DNA of 63,989 nt, the filler included, from Octopus bimaculoides (taxonomy: Eukaryota): NCBI RefSeq assembly GCF_001194135.2. It is 5 parts of 4 records of this genome, joined end to end, with 100 filler letters (N's around TTAATTAATTAA, not from the genome) between each part and the next. Parts side by side here need not be neighbours in the genome. Positions count along the whole stretch, not along the records: positions 15,900 to 44,133 come from NC_068984.1; 4 more parts are not named here. One strand, given 5' to 3'. A model generated the notes under the pieces. That model did not search any database. It saw only the letters and a program-made list of their open reading frames with translations, and was not told where the DNA came from. Positions 27,131-39,505 of the stretch are shown piece by piece. Position 1 is the first letter of the stretch; every line of letters begins with the position of its first letter. The position numbers were made by a program, and so were the translations under genes.

Positions 27131-27404
27131 GCATTAAGCAGTAGTCATGATATCAGCATTTTGATACCCGACGCAAATGATAGAGGATATTTTTTCAGTA
27201 TCTAGATGACTTCCCGTCCTCAATGTCAGCTAACTTTTTGTCAACTATAACTTTTATTTTAATGCTCTCCAAAGCCGCTGATTGTTCACCAATACATCAA
27301 GTTGTTCCTGAAAAAAAATAAAAGTAAAAATAAGAGGGAAAGAGACAAGTGCATGAATCGGATGCTCATGTAAATACAAATGGAATAAATCGAGTTTTCC
27401 GTAA

Positions 27405-27631
27405 TCAGACCACGGGATACCGAGATACGTGGTTTTTTCGGGTACCTTAATAAATAGCCAAACCGGTGTATAATGGAAAAAATACTTTGAAATTAAGGTA
27501 TCACTGAAATGTGAATGCTCACGGAATAAAAACAGTTTTGAGTAAATCGGACCACGGATTCCCGAGATACGCGGCTTTTTCGGCTACCTTGAACTATTGG
27601 TGACCCAACGGGTCACGGGTAGTCTAGTCTA

Positions 27632-27633
<2 letters not shown>
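27405..27633 (+). mobile_element. Helitron-like non-autonomous element 3' end with internal direct repeats
   Basis: Hairpin GTGACCC-AAC-GGGTCAC (27600-27616), then CTAGT at 27624 and 27629, then (AT)n. A roughly 45-bp block is repeated at about 27409 and 27545. Confidence 0.65.
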
Positions 27634-27670
<37 letters not shown>

Positions 27671-27763
27671 NNNNNNNNNNNNNNNNNNNNNNNNNNNNNN
27701 NNNNNNNNNNNNNNNNNNNNNNNNNNNNNNNNNNNNNNNNNNNNNNNNNNNNNNNNNNNNNNN

Positions 27764-27819
<56 letters not shown>

Positions 27820-28475
27820 AGTGTGTGTGTGTACATATGAGTGTAGATGCATGTATAAGTTTATGAAGGCTTGTATGTATGTGCGTATTTAAACATACAC
27901 AAACCCACAAACTTCCAAATATACAGACGCATACGTATTATGCATTTATTTTCTTGATTGTCTTGCAAGGAAGTGACATAAGTAAAGTCAGAACCATGTA
28001 CTCTGTTATTCTTTAGATTTGTTACCCTGTGTTGTCTACAATAAAGAGATTTATCTTGTTTCTTCTTTTCTCAGCCCTAATGAACAAGGCAGTGACTAGG
28101 GACACTAAAATCTAATTCGATTAGCTTTCACAATTAATCACATATATACGTCACTGAAAACAGACGATAAATATAGAACAACATTTTACCAAAGACATCC
28201 CTGTTTATTAAATTACAGAAAATTATCTCAAAAACGCAAAGGCTAGACGTAATTTTAGAGATATATGGCTTTCATCTCTTGAAAGTCGAGCGACCACATA
28301 AAGGTTACATCCTATATAATTTTAGCCCCTGGTGAAATGAATCTTGTAAAAATATGTCTTTCGTTCATTGCATAAAAATAAAACGACTTTTCTATTACGG
28401 GATATAAACAAGTGACTGAAACAAGGCTTTAATCTAAGAAGCTGACGAATCAGTCATTTTGAAAGCAGAAATAAA

Positions 28476-28670
28476 GCAGCGAGCTGGCAAAATCGTTAGA
28501 CGATAGACTAAGTGCTTAGCAACATTTCGCCTGTCTACACGTTCTAAGTTCAAACTCTAAGGAGGTCGACTTTGCCTTTCCTCCTTTTGCGCTCGATAAA
28601 AAATACACTATTTCGGCACTGAAGACTATACCACTTCCCACAAAATTTCAAGCACCGTGTCTATAGTGGT
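28476..28670 (+). mobile_element. SINE family A
   Basis: GCAGCGAGCTGGCAAAATCGTTAG and GAGGTCGACTTTGCCTTTC. Confidence 0.85.
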
Positions 28671-28960
28671 ATAAAATGAGTTATGAATTCAGATGTGATT
28701 TACTGAACATTTAGGCCATGAAAAAATTAAAAGCCATTATTATTTAAGTCTTTTATAACCCCCATGAGAAACCTCAAGATAAATTCACACTTCAAATTAC
28801 ATTCACACTTAAATTATCTTTTCTATTTATTTTTATTAAAGTGTTATGTTTTCTTTGCTATATATTTTGATTTTTATTTTTATTTTCTATCTGTCTCTTT
28901 TAATTTTCACAGTTCATATATCGATAATAAAAACAGTATATAGTTTTATGGCAGCTCCAG

Positions 28961-29063
28961 CTACATCTAGATTACAGAAGAATACCTGGAAGTGTGATAA
29001 ACGAGTTTCGATGGGGTGACAGAATGAACTATGAAATTAGTGATGATTCCCATTTTGTCACAG
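28961..29063 (+). other. Candidate coding exon
   Basis: Open frame LHLDYRRIPGSVINEFRWGDRMNYEISDDSHFVT and CAG|gtacta donor. Acceptor is weak. Confidence 0.2.
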
Positions 29064-30183
29064 GTACTATGTCCAGTCCAGGGCGAACAGCGGTAAAAAA
29101 TTACTAGCAGTGAGTAGCGGCAAATGCAATAATCAGTGGAAGCATTGTTGGCTGTGTCGTGTTCAATTCACATCCTGCCCACCTCATAAAATCGACGCAA
29201 ATTTCATCGCATGATGACAACCTCAATGAGTAGAAAATAACATCGTTATCTTTTACCTTAAAACTTGTCACAGTTATGGACTGCCGCCATGCTGGGGCAC
29301 TGCTTTGAAAGTTTTTTGTTGAAAGTATCGATTCCAGTACTCATTTTTCAAAGTCTGGTAAGTTATTCTTTCTCAAGGGGAATACCGCAGTTTAGCTGGC
29401 TTTCAGTGATATACCTACTTTAAGTACGATATACAGATTCTTATTTTGAACTAATACTGCTCCTTTGTTAAACACGAATTTTTATTCAGCCAGCCGACTA
29501 ATTGCGAAATCAGCCATATTTCAGTCACTGATTTACTACTATATCAGTAGCGGACGATTTCCTCCTAGCATGCGGTACAAGTGCATACTTGGTACTGACG
29601 ATGCTGAACGAAGCAGAAATAAGTATTGAGTAATCTCATTGCCACTACTGGACGATTTTCGTTCGCTGCTGATACGTTTCTGTGTTTTTTAATACCACAT
29701 GTCTATAAGAGATGCTGTCTCGAGACGAATACCAGTTTCACAAGCCTTCAACGATATATATATACTTGAAGTATGACATACAGGCTGTTTTTCTGAAATA
29801 ATTCTCCTTCCAGCACTAATAACGAAGTTTTATAATATATTAGAGTTTTACACTAGTCGCGAGATTTCCTTTCACTCCCGTTTTCTCCTATTATAATTTA
29901 TTGCTTTATAATTAATCTTGATGCCACGTCTCAATTAGTCACTAAATAAACAATGTCTAGGAATAATTTTTCTTTTCTTTTATTTTTATCGTTGAGACAC
30001 TCTTTAATCTAAATGACTTTATGGTTGCCCTTTTCGGAAACGAGAATAAACCAGACAGAACGAGAGAAAGAGTAGAAACAAAATTATATTTTGTTTTATG
30101 GAAGATTTTTTTTCCAGTGAATCTAAGAAAATGGGGCATTCAAGCTTCAATGCATTTCAAGATAAGACACGTGAGTCTTATCA

Positions 30184-30402
30184 GGCGGCGAGCTGGCTGA
30201 AACGTTAGCACGCCGGGCGAAATGCTTTCGTCTACCGCTACGTTCTGAGTTCAAATTCCGCCGAGGTCGACTTTGCCTTTCATCCTTTTGGGGTCTATAG
30301 ATTAAGTACCAGTTATATATTGGAGTCGGTGTAATCCACTTAATCCCTTTGTTTGTCCTTGTTTGTCCCCTCTGTGTGTAGCCCCTTGTGGGCAGTAAAG
30401 AA
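30184..30402 (+). mobile_element. Full-length SINE family A with 15-bp TSD
   Basis: TSD ATAAGACAYGTGAGT at 30162-30176 and 30403-30417 (one mismatch). Confidence 0.92.
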
Positions 30403-30627
30403 ATAAGACATGTGAGTATAAGGATATGTCGTAAAATGTAGGTTTCTGTGCGCTTACATACTTATTTGTGTGTCTGTATATGCGTGTGCGTGCGCATATG
30501 TTAGATGTTTAGATGGTTCTATAGATATTAGTATACATAGAGCTCACACACCTGTATAAACATTTTCATCTATACGTAAGGTTTTAGTCACAAATATGAG
30601 AGCAAGAATGTGCGTACGTGTGTGTGT

Positions 30628-30673
<46 letters not shown>

Positions 30674-30865
30674 AAGGAAGATGGAGAGAGTAAGAGGAGG
30701 AAGAGAAGGCGAAGGGAGAGAGAGAAGTAGATGGGTCTGTGAAACTATTTGGGGAGAAGGAACGACAAAGATTGAAAATTTAACAATGGTATAGTATTTG
30801 AATAAGTTACTCAGAATAGCATAATTTTTATGTAAATGTAATTTTTATGTAACAAAATTTAACAG

Positions 30866-30935
30866 ACATAGATTTAGATGTCAAATTCAACAAATACCGA
30901 CAGCGTGGATATGTGCACCCAATAACATAGACAAG
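30866..30935 (+). other. Candidate exon
   Basis: tttaacag acceptor and AAG|gtgagg donor. Reads HRFRCQIQQIPTAWICAPNNIDK in one phase, or IDLDVKFNKYRQRGYVHPIT* as a terminal exon. Confidence 0.18.
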
Positions 30936-31164
30936 GTGAGGAGACGGTGTGTCCCTGGATCAGAGGTAGGTGTGTGATGACGAACGACTCCATTGGAATC
31001 GTCCAGTGACAGCCTTCATTTCGGATGGTCTATGTTATCTGTATATGGTGTAACAGTGCTACTCCCAGATGTTGAAACAGCAGTCCATACGACATTAAGA
31101 GTCTCACTGAAATTTTGTAATGGGTTTCTTATTATTGGAGGCTGAAGTATGTTTCATCCAGCCG

Positions 31165-31264
<100 letters not shown>

Positions 31265-32524
31265 ATGAGAGAGAAAAAGAGGGAGAGAGAGGGGGAAAGA
31301 GTTATATGGGGGAGAGAGAGATGAATCCGGTCTCTACTTCTGCTTACGATCTATATATATGTGATCGCTAGTACTCAACTTTCCATTTTCCTTATCACTG
31401 GTCGGGATATGCCACAGCTATTCGGTGCCGAGGAATTCTAGGACGAATAGAAGATGATGGTTCTAAAAATAGAAATGCATTAAGTTACCATGACTAGCAG
31501 AAACATACCATAGAGTTGCAAACCCTTCATAAGTTTGATCATGGCACCGAAGCGATCCCTGCACCAGTAACCATTAGCAATTAAATTCCCTTCATTTACA
31601 TCTTACCATCTTAAAAAACGAAGTACACATTAAATAGTGGTGTCCTAAATATACAACAGAGATAGGACAGTTATCGTCATGCATCCCTGTTTTATGATGA
31701 ATAACCCAGGAGAAGACATCCTCTTTTAATTTCCACGCTCCCATCATTTAAGATCAGAGTAAATAAAGTATAATTTAAAATAGATATGGATTATACTGGA
31801 GCGTCTTTCATGAGTAGTATGCCTAAGTGCAATCTAAAACATTCAACAGTTATAGATAATATTACACGTGTTTAGATAAGGACTGTTCACTTTAGCACGT
31901 AACCCAAATTTTCTTGTGTGATCAGGATATGATCAGAGGTCCTGATAAACGTTGTCGTCATGGCATTAATGCTCTGACTGTCGAAATATGGGAAGGGAAT
32001 GCACAGCTACTTTGGAGGATCTTCATTTCTAATTTAGGATATGATGTGACGTGTAAATAGTATTAGTTTTCTTTTTTAACTTTATATTGAAAATTCTGTC
32101 AAGCTTGACTTTGCCTTTCACAATTCCAGATCCGATAGAAATAAACACAAGTTCTTATTGTGTAAGCCATTTCAACTTTGATTTAACAAAACTGCACTCA
32201 AAAGTCCTTCAGCCGTGACCATTTCGTCTTATTATATACTAGGGGATGCATTGTCCAATGTGTCCTTTCTTGTTAAGAGAAAATATTGGTATTTGAGGAA
32301 GATTTAGTTGGTTTTTCCATCAGGTAGTGCTACCACCTACAGACTCCCCTATCGCTAAATATCTCAGGGGTTACATACCAATTTGAAGAAATGGTACAAA
32401 TAGAATAGTACCTAACAAAATTCCTTCTCGTGTTTAGTGTCGTTCTTGAATTCGATGTTTTAAGTTTAACATTTAAATACTACTAGAATTTTTAACTCGG
32501 AATCTAATTGAAATTTCCTACAGA

Positions 32525-32681
32525 CACTAGCGTAGCTAGAGTGTGTGCCGCTCGGATCGGCCCATTAGCTTGCTGCCCCCCGGGCTCCCACAAAAAATAC
32601 ATATTACCTACAGTAGATCCAAAAGTAATGCCACTTCCACAACATTGCCGCCCTCTTCGCCTCGCTCTAGCTACACTAGTG
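32525..32681. mobile_element. 157-bp MITE with 17-bp TIRs and 8-bp TSD (hAT- or P-like)
   Basis: TIRs CACTAGCGTAGCTAGAG and CTCTAGCTACACTAGTG (16/17). Flanks CCTACAGA and CCAACAGA (7/8). Confidence 0.8.
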
Positions 32682-33731
32682 CCAACAGATGAACATTTCC
32701 TCAAAGTATGGAATATCCTGATTTCTAAGCATTTGATAATGAATGTCCATAAGGCTATCTTCATTCATTTAATAATAAAGCAAAACAAAAGAACTCGTTC
32801 GTTGTCCTCCCTCAACAACTATATCGGGTCCAGCCTTCAGGCCTGGCATCAATCACTATACCCAGAACTATCTTAGCAGTATTATAGTATTATAGGCCCC
32901 AGGCAAATCATTATACCGGGCTCTATGGTGTTTATTTATTGACAGCAAGCCAGAGAATAGACAGGTTAGAATTGGGCCCCTAGACCCGTGGGGGTCTAGT
33001 CCATCTTTTCCAGAAGGTCACTCTTCTGGAACTCCTCTTAAGCAACCTACAAAATGAAACAGTTCAAGTGGTATATTAACCCGTTAACCTCATCAGCCCT
33101 ACTGGTAAGTGACGGTCAGGTGGAAAGGGCATGGACACAGTTCTTTCTGACAAGACCGATAAAAAACAGACATAAGTGGAGCAAAAAGATCACTGAAATA
33201 TTGCCACTGCACATTAACTTCTCTGATAGACAGGAATTGTACCAGTAATATATTAAGGATACATCTCACCTTGGTGCTTTTTACATAAGAGTAAAGCTTA
33301 TGTTCAATTATTGGCATTCAGAAATATCCCTGAATAGTTGATTGATCCTCTTTTACTTTGAAGTGAGTGGTGGGGGGAGATGAGAAAGTTATAACCTTTA
33401 AAACCTAATTCCATTAGCAATGCAAATGGACTGGACTAGCTTCCATCTGAGACCCACCTCACTGTGTTACATACATGTATATATATATATATACATACAT
33501 ACATGCATGAATACATACATACATATATATACACACATACATACACATGCACATACATACACACACACACATACATACATGCATATTTATGTCTGTATAT
33601 GTATATATAAGTATATATATATATATATGTGCGTGTGTGCGTGTGTGTGTGTGTAGACGTATATAAACTAATGTACGTATATCTATATGTATATACGTAT
33701 ATACGTATATATCCATCTATCTATACGTATA

Positions 33732-33767
<36 letters not shown>

Positions 33768-34673
33768 CACGTACATATATATGTTTAGTTATATACGTGT
33801 GAGAGAGTGTGTATGTGTGTATGTGTGAGTGTACATATTTTAATGTTTTTGTATCGAATTATATGTATATGCATGTGTGTGTGTATGTGTGTGTGTGTGT
33901 GTGTGTATGTGTGTGTGTATGCTAATGTACTTTTATTATCTGATTTTTATGGATATGCGCCAGTAGTAAAGTCAGTACGTGTGTGTATGTGTGTGTGTGC
34001 ATGTGCGTGTGCGTGTGTGTGTGCGTGCGTGTGTGTGTGCGCGCGCGTGCTTGCAAGTGCGTACACATTTGTGTTTATCTGTGAGTGTTTGATATGTTTA
34101 CTTCCATGTGCATGTATGTATATGTGAATGTGTTTGTATATGCGTGTGCGTATTCTTACCTTAGAGAGTACTTTAGCGCGAGGCGTTCAGTTGTTATACT
34201 GTATTATCTCTCAGTTTTTAAAGCAATGTTAGTTTTATTATGCCTAAATTATTATTAATTTCCTTCTTGTAGCCATAAATTCCATTTTATGTCCATCCAT
34301 AAACTCCCAAATTGATTTATGAATCTTTATGGTTGCCAAGGTGGAACCTTTACATAGGAAAAATGTATTCTATGCTACTATATAGTCGCCGTCGTTCGTA
34401 ATGTAGAAACTATAACAATAGCAGTAGCAATGCTCAAATATACAAGTCTTTTTTTTTCATTATTGTTGCTGTTGTTGTTTTTACTTGTTGACAACTCTCA
34501 CACGCAATATTTTCCAGGACGAAAAAAAAAAAACCCAGAAAGCATTTGGAGAAGAAAACATATTTGCATAGCATTAACAGGTGTTGTTCCTGGAAAATGT
34601 AGTACTATGGAATCTAGAAGATACTGTAACCGAAGATGAGACAGTATTGCTGTTGCGATGATGATGAAGATAA

Positions 34674-34746
<73 letters not shown>

Positions 34747-34789
34747 AGTAATATCAATAAGGAAAAATAATTCTCCTTTATATTAAAGA

Positions 34790-35321
34790 GAAAGTGTAAG
34801 TCTCGACTGGTATTTATTTTGGGGATCTCGAAAGAATGAAAGGTAAGTTTGACCACGACGAGATTTGAACTCAGAATGTAAAAGAGGAAGAAGAAATGAC
34901 GCTAACCATTCTGGTTTCACAGGTTGACATAGGGCCAGCAGTTTCGTAGGGAAGGGGAGAATCGATTACATCGACCCCAGTACTTGACTGGTACTTTTGT
35001 ATCAATCTCAATACTGGTAGTCTTTTATCGAAGAATTTGAACTCAGGACGTAAAGACGAACGAAATACTGCAGAGCATTTTATCCAGCTCTCCGCCTTAA
35101 AAGTGACGATAATAATCTCTTCTACCATAGGCACAAGGCCTGAAATTTTGAGAGAGGAGCTAGTCGATTATATCTACTCCAGTGTTCAACTGGTACCTAT
35201 TTCATTGGCACCGAAAGAACGGAAGGTAAAGTAGGCCTCGGCAGAATTTGAACTCAGAACGTAAAGACGGACGAAATGCAGCTAAGCATTTTCCCGGGCG
35301 TGCTAACGATTCTGCTAGCTT

Positions 35322-35414
<93 letters not shown>

Positions 35415-35605
35415 CCTTTCTACTGGAAGCACAAGGCTTCAAATTTGGGGGAAGGGTTTAAGTCGATTACATCGTGACTAGTACTAATTTTATCGACCGC
35501 GAAAGGAAGTCAACCTCGGCAGAATTTGAATTCAGAAAGTAACGACAGACGAAATACCGCTAAGCATAACGCTGGCATACTTAACGATTCTGCCTGCTCG
35601 CTGCC

Positions 35606-35608
<3 letters not shown>
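34790..35608 (-). mobile_element. Head-to-tail cluster of four family A SINE copies separated by trinucleotide tails
   Basis: Four GAATTTGAACTCAG-type motifs at about 34865, 35035, 35245 and 35525, all in the same orientation, with (CAA)n and (TAA)n spacers. Confidence 0.85.
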
Positions 35609-35670
<62 letters not shown>

Positions 35671-35672
<2 letters not shown>

Positions 35673-35992
35673 TATGCTGATTACCATAAAGAGAAAAGGT
35701 TGATATATATGGAGACCTGAGAATTGAGATCGCTAAGATGTGGCAGCTACGAGAGTCAAACATAAAGGTTATTCCTATCGTCATCGGTGCATTGAGTTCA
35801 ACACCACCCAATCTGAAAAAACATCTGAAAACCTTAAAAATACCCTACAATCTAGATGTATTGCAAAAGTCGGCATTACTTGGAACGGCACGCATATTGC
35901 ATAAAGTACTCTCTGTCTGAAGTCCTTGTTGTGACTTGACAAACAGAACAAACCCTCGTAGTCACAACATCTTCAATCAACAACCTCACGAT
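35671..35992 (+). pseudogene. 5'-truncated R4/Dong-like non-LTR retrotransposon: end of restriction-like endonuclease plus 3' UTR
   Basis: YGDLRIEIAKMWQLRESNIKVIPIVIGALSSTPPNLKKHLKTLKIPYNLDVLQKSALLGTARILHKVLSV* matches the KY.DL..EI..LW....V.P.VIGALG...LQK..LLGTARIL pattern. Begins immediately after (TAA)n. Confidence 0.8.
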
Positions 35993-36699
35993 ATAGGGCT
36001 TTCCTATAAGGTGTTATCCACCCCTGATTAGAACTCTCCCGTATGACATGTACGCATGCTCAGTGACTTGCTTTAACAGTTGCAATCAGCTGAATGCACA
36101 TTGCCAGTGACATTTGACATAATTACCCACACTCTGTGGTCAGGATTCTTTTTTTGGTTTGATGTCGGTATCGAAGGGATTACCAGACACCGGACAATAC
36201 AGTGAGAGCAGCTTTCACTCACATCATGTTATTCGATGCTGTGTATGTGTCTGTCGTGGTAAAATATGCCACTCCTTAACTGTTGCTTTGCTTTCATCCG
36301 TAGCACGAGGTAATTATGTCATTATCTGTGAAATTCGGCAACTTACAAAGATCTTTAGATCAGGCAATACTTCACCGAGAGGAGATATAAGCTTCTGCTT
36401 ATTCCTGTCTGAAGTATCGTCCGATACTTCAGACTTATCGTCCGATGAATTTACTTTGTTGACATATCGACAGAATTTTTATACCTTTCAACCTTTCAAT
36501 CAAGTCCACCTTTCTTCCAGTAACATACTGTCCATATAATCTTAAATATTTCTTTAACTCAGGCACAGTAAGTACTTCGATAACTGAATCATCAAGCTGC
36601 TTTATATCCATGATAAGACGTAAAACAATAACAATGGCGTGGGTTAGCCTCCGGAAGTTTAATTATCTACATGGAGCGCCGCCTACCCAAGGGAGATAA

Positions 36700-37260
36700 C
36701 CTACTTATAGGAAAGCCCTATAGTATCCTGTACGACTGATGCAGTACATGGCAGTGGCTCTCATGACTTCTTTACTGATCGGAAGTGTTATCATGTACAT
36801 TGTTTTGTCTTGGTATAAAAGATGGGCTAAAGTAAATATTCTGCTCCATACAGATTTGCTTGTCAGTTGTTTTACCTTAAACAGTTGAGCATGTCCGTTG
36901 GTGGCTGACGATGTGTGCATCTCTGATCACGAGCAGAAGTACTGGAGGAGCATCATAGCCATGTGTTGAGAGGAATTCTTTGAGATTTAGATAATTCATC
37001 TTTAGAAACAGGGGTGTTTCGTTCAACATCCTTAAGCAACCCTCATCCATGGACTCGACCTGAAGAAAATTCTAACTGGGCCCCACCTGCAAGGTAATGC
37101 GCTGTTTATCTTGATATGAGATCACCATGTCGCGCACATATGGTTGTGATGCATGTGCCTGTTGTACCCTTATCAGACGGGTATTTGTGATGGGTATACT
37201 GGGCTTCGTATATTTTACCCCAGTGTCACTTTGAAGCCATCCACTGCTCTCTCACTCATT

Positions 37261-37295
<35 letters not shown>

Positions 37296-37300
37296 CAACA
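36700..37300 (+). mobile_element. Unclassified retroposon 3' portion ending in an (AAT)n tail
   Basis: GC-richer block ending CACTGCTCTCTCACTC followed by (AAT)n. I recall it as an abundant octopus repeat; no second copy in the window. Confidence 0.4.
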
Positions 37301-37314
37301 ACATCAATAATAAT

Positions 37315-37714
37315 CTTTTCTACTCTAGGCACAAGGTCGGAAATCTTTTTTAGGGAAGGGGCCAGCCGATTAGATCGATCCCCAGTTCGCAACTGGTATT
37401 TAATTTATCGATCCCGAAAGGATGAAAGGCAAAGTCGACCTCGGCGGAATTTGAACTCAAAACGTAAAGACAGAAGAAATACCTATTTCTTTACTGCCCA
37501 CAAGGGGCTACACACAGAGGGGACAAACAAGAACAGGCAAACGGATTAAGTCGATTATATCGACCCCAGTGCGTAACTGGTACTTAATTTATCGACCCCG
37601 AAAGGATGAAAGGCAAAGTCGACCTCGGCGGAATTTGAACTCAGAACGCAGTGGCAGACGAAATACCGCTAAGCATTTCGCCCGGCGTGATAACGGTTCT
37701 GCCAGCTCGCCGCC
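37315..37714 (-). mobile_element. Dimeric SINE family A (full unit plus 5'-truncated unit with a different tail)
   Basis: Two near-identical bodies (about 37385-37480 and 37565-37665) joined at GAAATAGGTATTTC. Sits in the (AAT)n tail of the preceding element. Confidence 0.9.
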
Positions 37715-38614
37715 TTAACAATAATAATAATTTACATAGCTTTTTGTAGGGCCTGTGCTGTAAGTAGAAACCCTTCCGCTCTTCAGTCCACTACTTGGTC
37801 GTGACGAGGGAAGTTGTGACGCTGTGGGCAATTTCATTTGCTTCAACTTTGACAATTCCTAGCGCTACAATCCTCAACTTCTTTTGTTTTTGTTTTGTTT
37901 TTTTGTTGTTTCTTTTTTCTTCTTCCTTTTTAAATAGTGGTAACCACAAGCAAGATCTCCACTTCTGGGGCCCCAAGTTGTTGTTACCTCTTCTGCTGTC
38001 TATTATCCCACTTTTTCTTGGACAGAAGGCCCTAAACAAGCTTCACTAGCTCGTATGTATCTTTACACTACGTCATCTCCACTTTAATCAGGTACACCTC
38101 CAGAACAGCCTTGTGATCTTCGGGGCTCATCAGATCACAGATGTTTCAGTACAGACATCACCGACCATGTGTTACTACGTGTCACTCTTTTTAGTTTACG
38201 TCTTGTCATGCAATGTAATACATAGAGTTTTGCGTCTAGCTATACAATATAACACATTACTCGTCTACCTATGTAATATACAATGTAGTATTCTGCGTCT
38301 AGGACAGAGTAGAGTCTCGAACTTCATAGATTTATTGCCTGGGGAGTTTTAGAGCAACATTTCAACAAAAATATCCATCAATTATACACTGTTCAGTTTC
38401 CTATACCAGTAAATTGTTACTTTCGTGGTGTATATTACTGCTAAGTGGACTGGACAATTGTGAACTGGACTTTGGAAAATGAAGTGATTTTGCAAGATAC
38501 AACGGCCAGTGTAAATAAGATGAGTCAAACAATAGAAATCTTGGCTCAGTGATATTGACTCTGTGATATTTTCTGCTATATATGTGATGGTTTTAATATA
38601 ATACATGAGTATAA

Positions 38615-38787
38615 GGGGGCGAGCTGGCAGAATCGCTAGCACGTTCTGAATTCAAATTCCATCGAGATCGACTTTGCTTTTCCTCCTTTCGGGTTCGATA
38701 AAATAAGTGCCATTTGAGCACTGGGGTCGATGTAATCAACTTATCCTCTTCCTTGAAATTGCTGGTCTTGTGTCACAATTTGAAACC
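38615..38787 (+). mobile_element. SINE family A with perfect 19-bp TSD
   Basis: TSD AATATAATACATGAGTATA at 38595-38613 and 38788-38806. Confidence 0.9.
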
Positions 38788-39327
38788 AATATAATACATG
38801 AGTATAGTGACTGTTGTATGGCCTGATCAATGTAATGTAGATTGACAGACCAAAGAGTATTAAGTTTCTTTTGTCTATAATCTGATTTAAAACATATCAA
38901 TTGCCCTTTTCTTTCACTCCTGAAGGCACAATGAAAAGTATCAGTAACACATTGGGGTGAATGAATAAATCAACAACATGTTTTTACGCTAACTTTGTGT
39001 TTAGTCCTAATAAATCATTATTGTGTGCGGCGTTACAAGTTACAATATTTTATAACAAAAAATATGTTAGTCTATCGTGAAACAAATACAAGGTAGTATG
39101 TATATTATCTAAATACGTTATCTGAGATAATATCATTTGTACGTATATTGTAACCAAAGCCAATGATGGATAGCTTGTAATATCGATGCAGTACGTTAGC
39201 TGGCTGGCATGAGATGAATATTCGATACCGTCTTTTCACTAAATATTGATTTTGCTTTGACCCAGACGTCCTTTGAAGGTTGCCAATAATGGTGAACATA
39301 GGATGTGGTCAGCATCATTAATGAAAC

Positions 39328-39505
39328 TACGAGGGGGTGCTGAAAAGTTCCTGGCTTTAAGGGTGTCACGAAAGGCCTGGTTGGAGGCGCAACTTTCCGA
39401 GTGCTTTTACAGGGCTTAGAAAAACTGAAGGACTGCTGCAATAAGTCTGTGAATCTGAGAGGGGAATATGTTAAATAGAATCATAATTAACTGATCCATC
39501 TCTAT
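39328..39505 (+). mobile_element. Mariner-derived MITE, copy 2
   Basis: TIR TACGAGGGGGTGCTGAAAAGTTCCTGGCTTT. Interior reads AWLEAQLSE then LQGLEKLKDCCNKSVNLRGEYVK*, the mariner C-terminal pattern. Confidence 0.85.

Noticed and set aside
29594-29632. Hammerhead-like CUGACGA-UGC...GCA-GAAA
   Set aside because: Core and a 3-bp stem II are present, but no stem I forms around the AUU site; chance or heavily decayed.
30867-30965. LDL-receptor class A-like peptide FRCQIQQIPTAWIC
   Set aside because: Lacks the third cysteine and the acidic D-x-S-D-E motif; probably coincidental.
32504-32876. 122-aa and 86-aa overlapping ORFs
   Set aside because: Explained by the GC-rich MITE at 32525-32681; no protein motif.
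39105-39299. GPCR TM1-like MFTIIGNL
   Set aside because: No hydrophobic continuation or TM2 motif.
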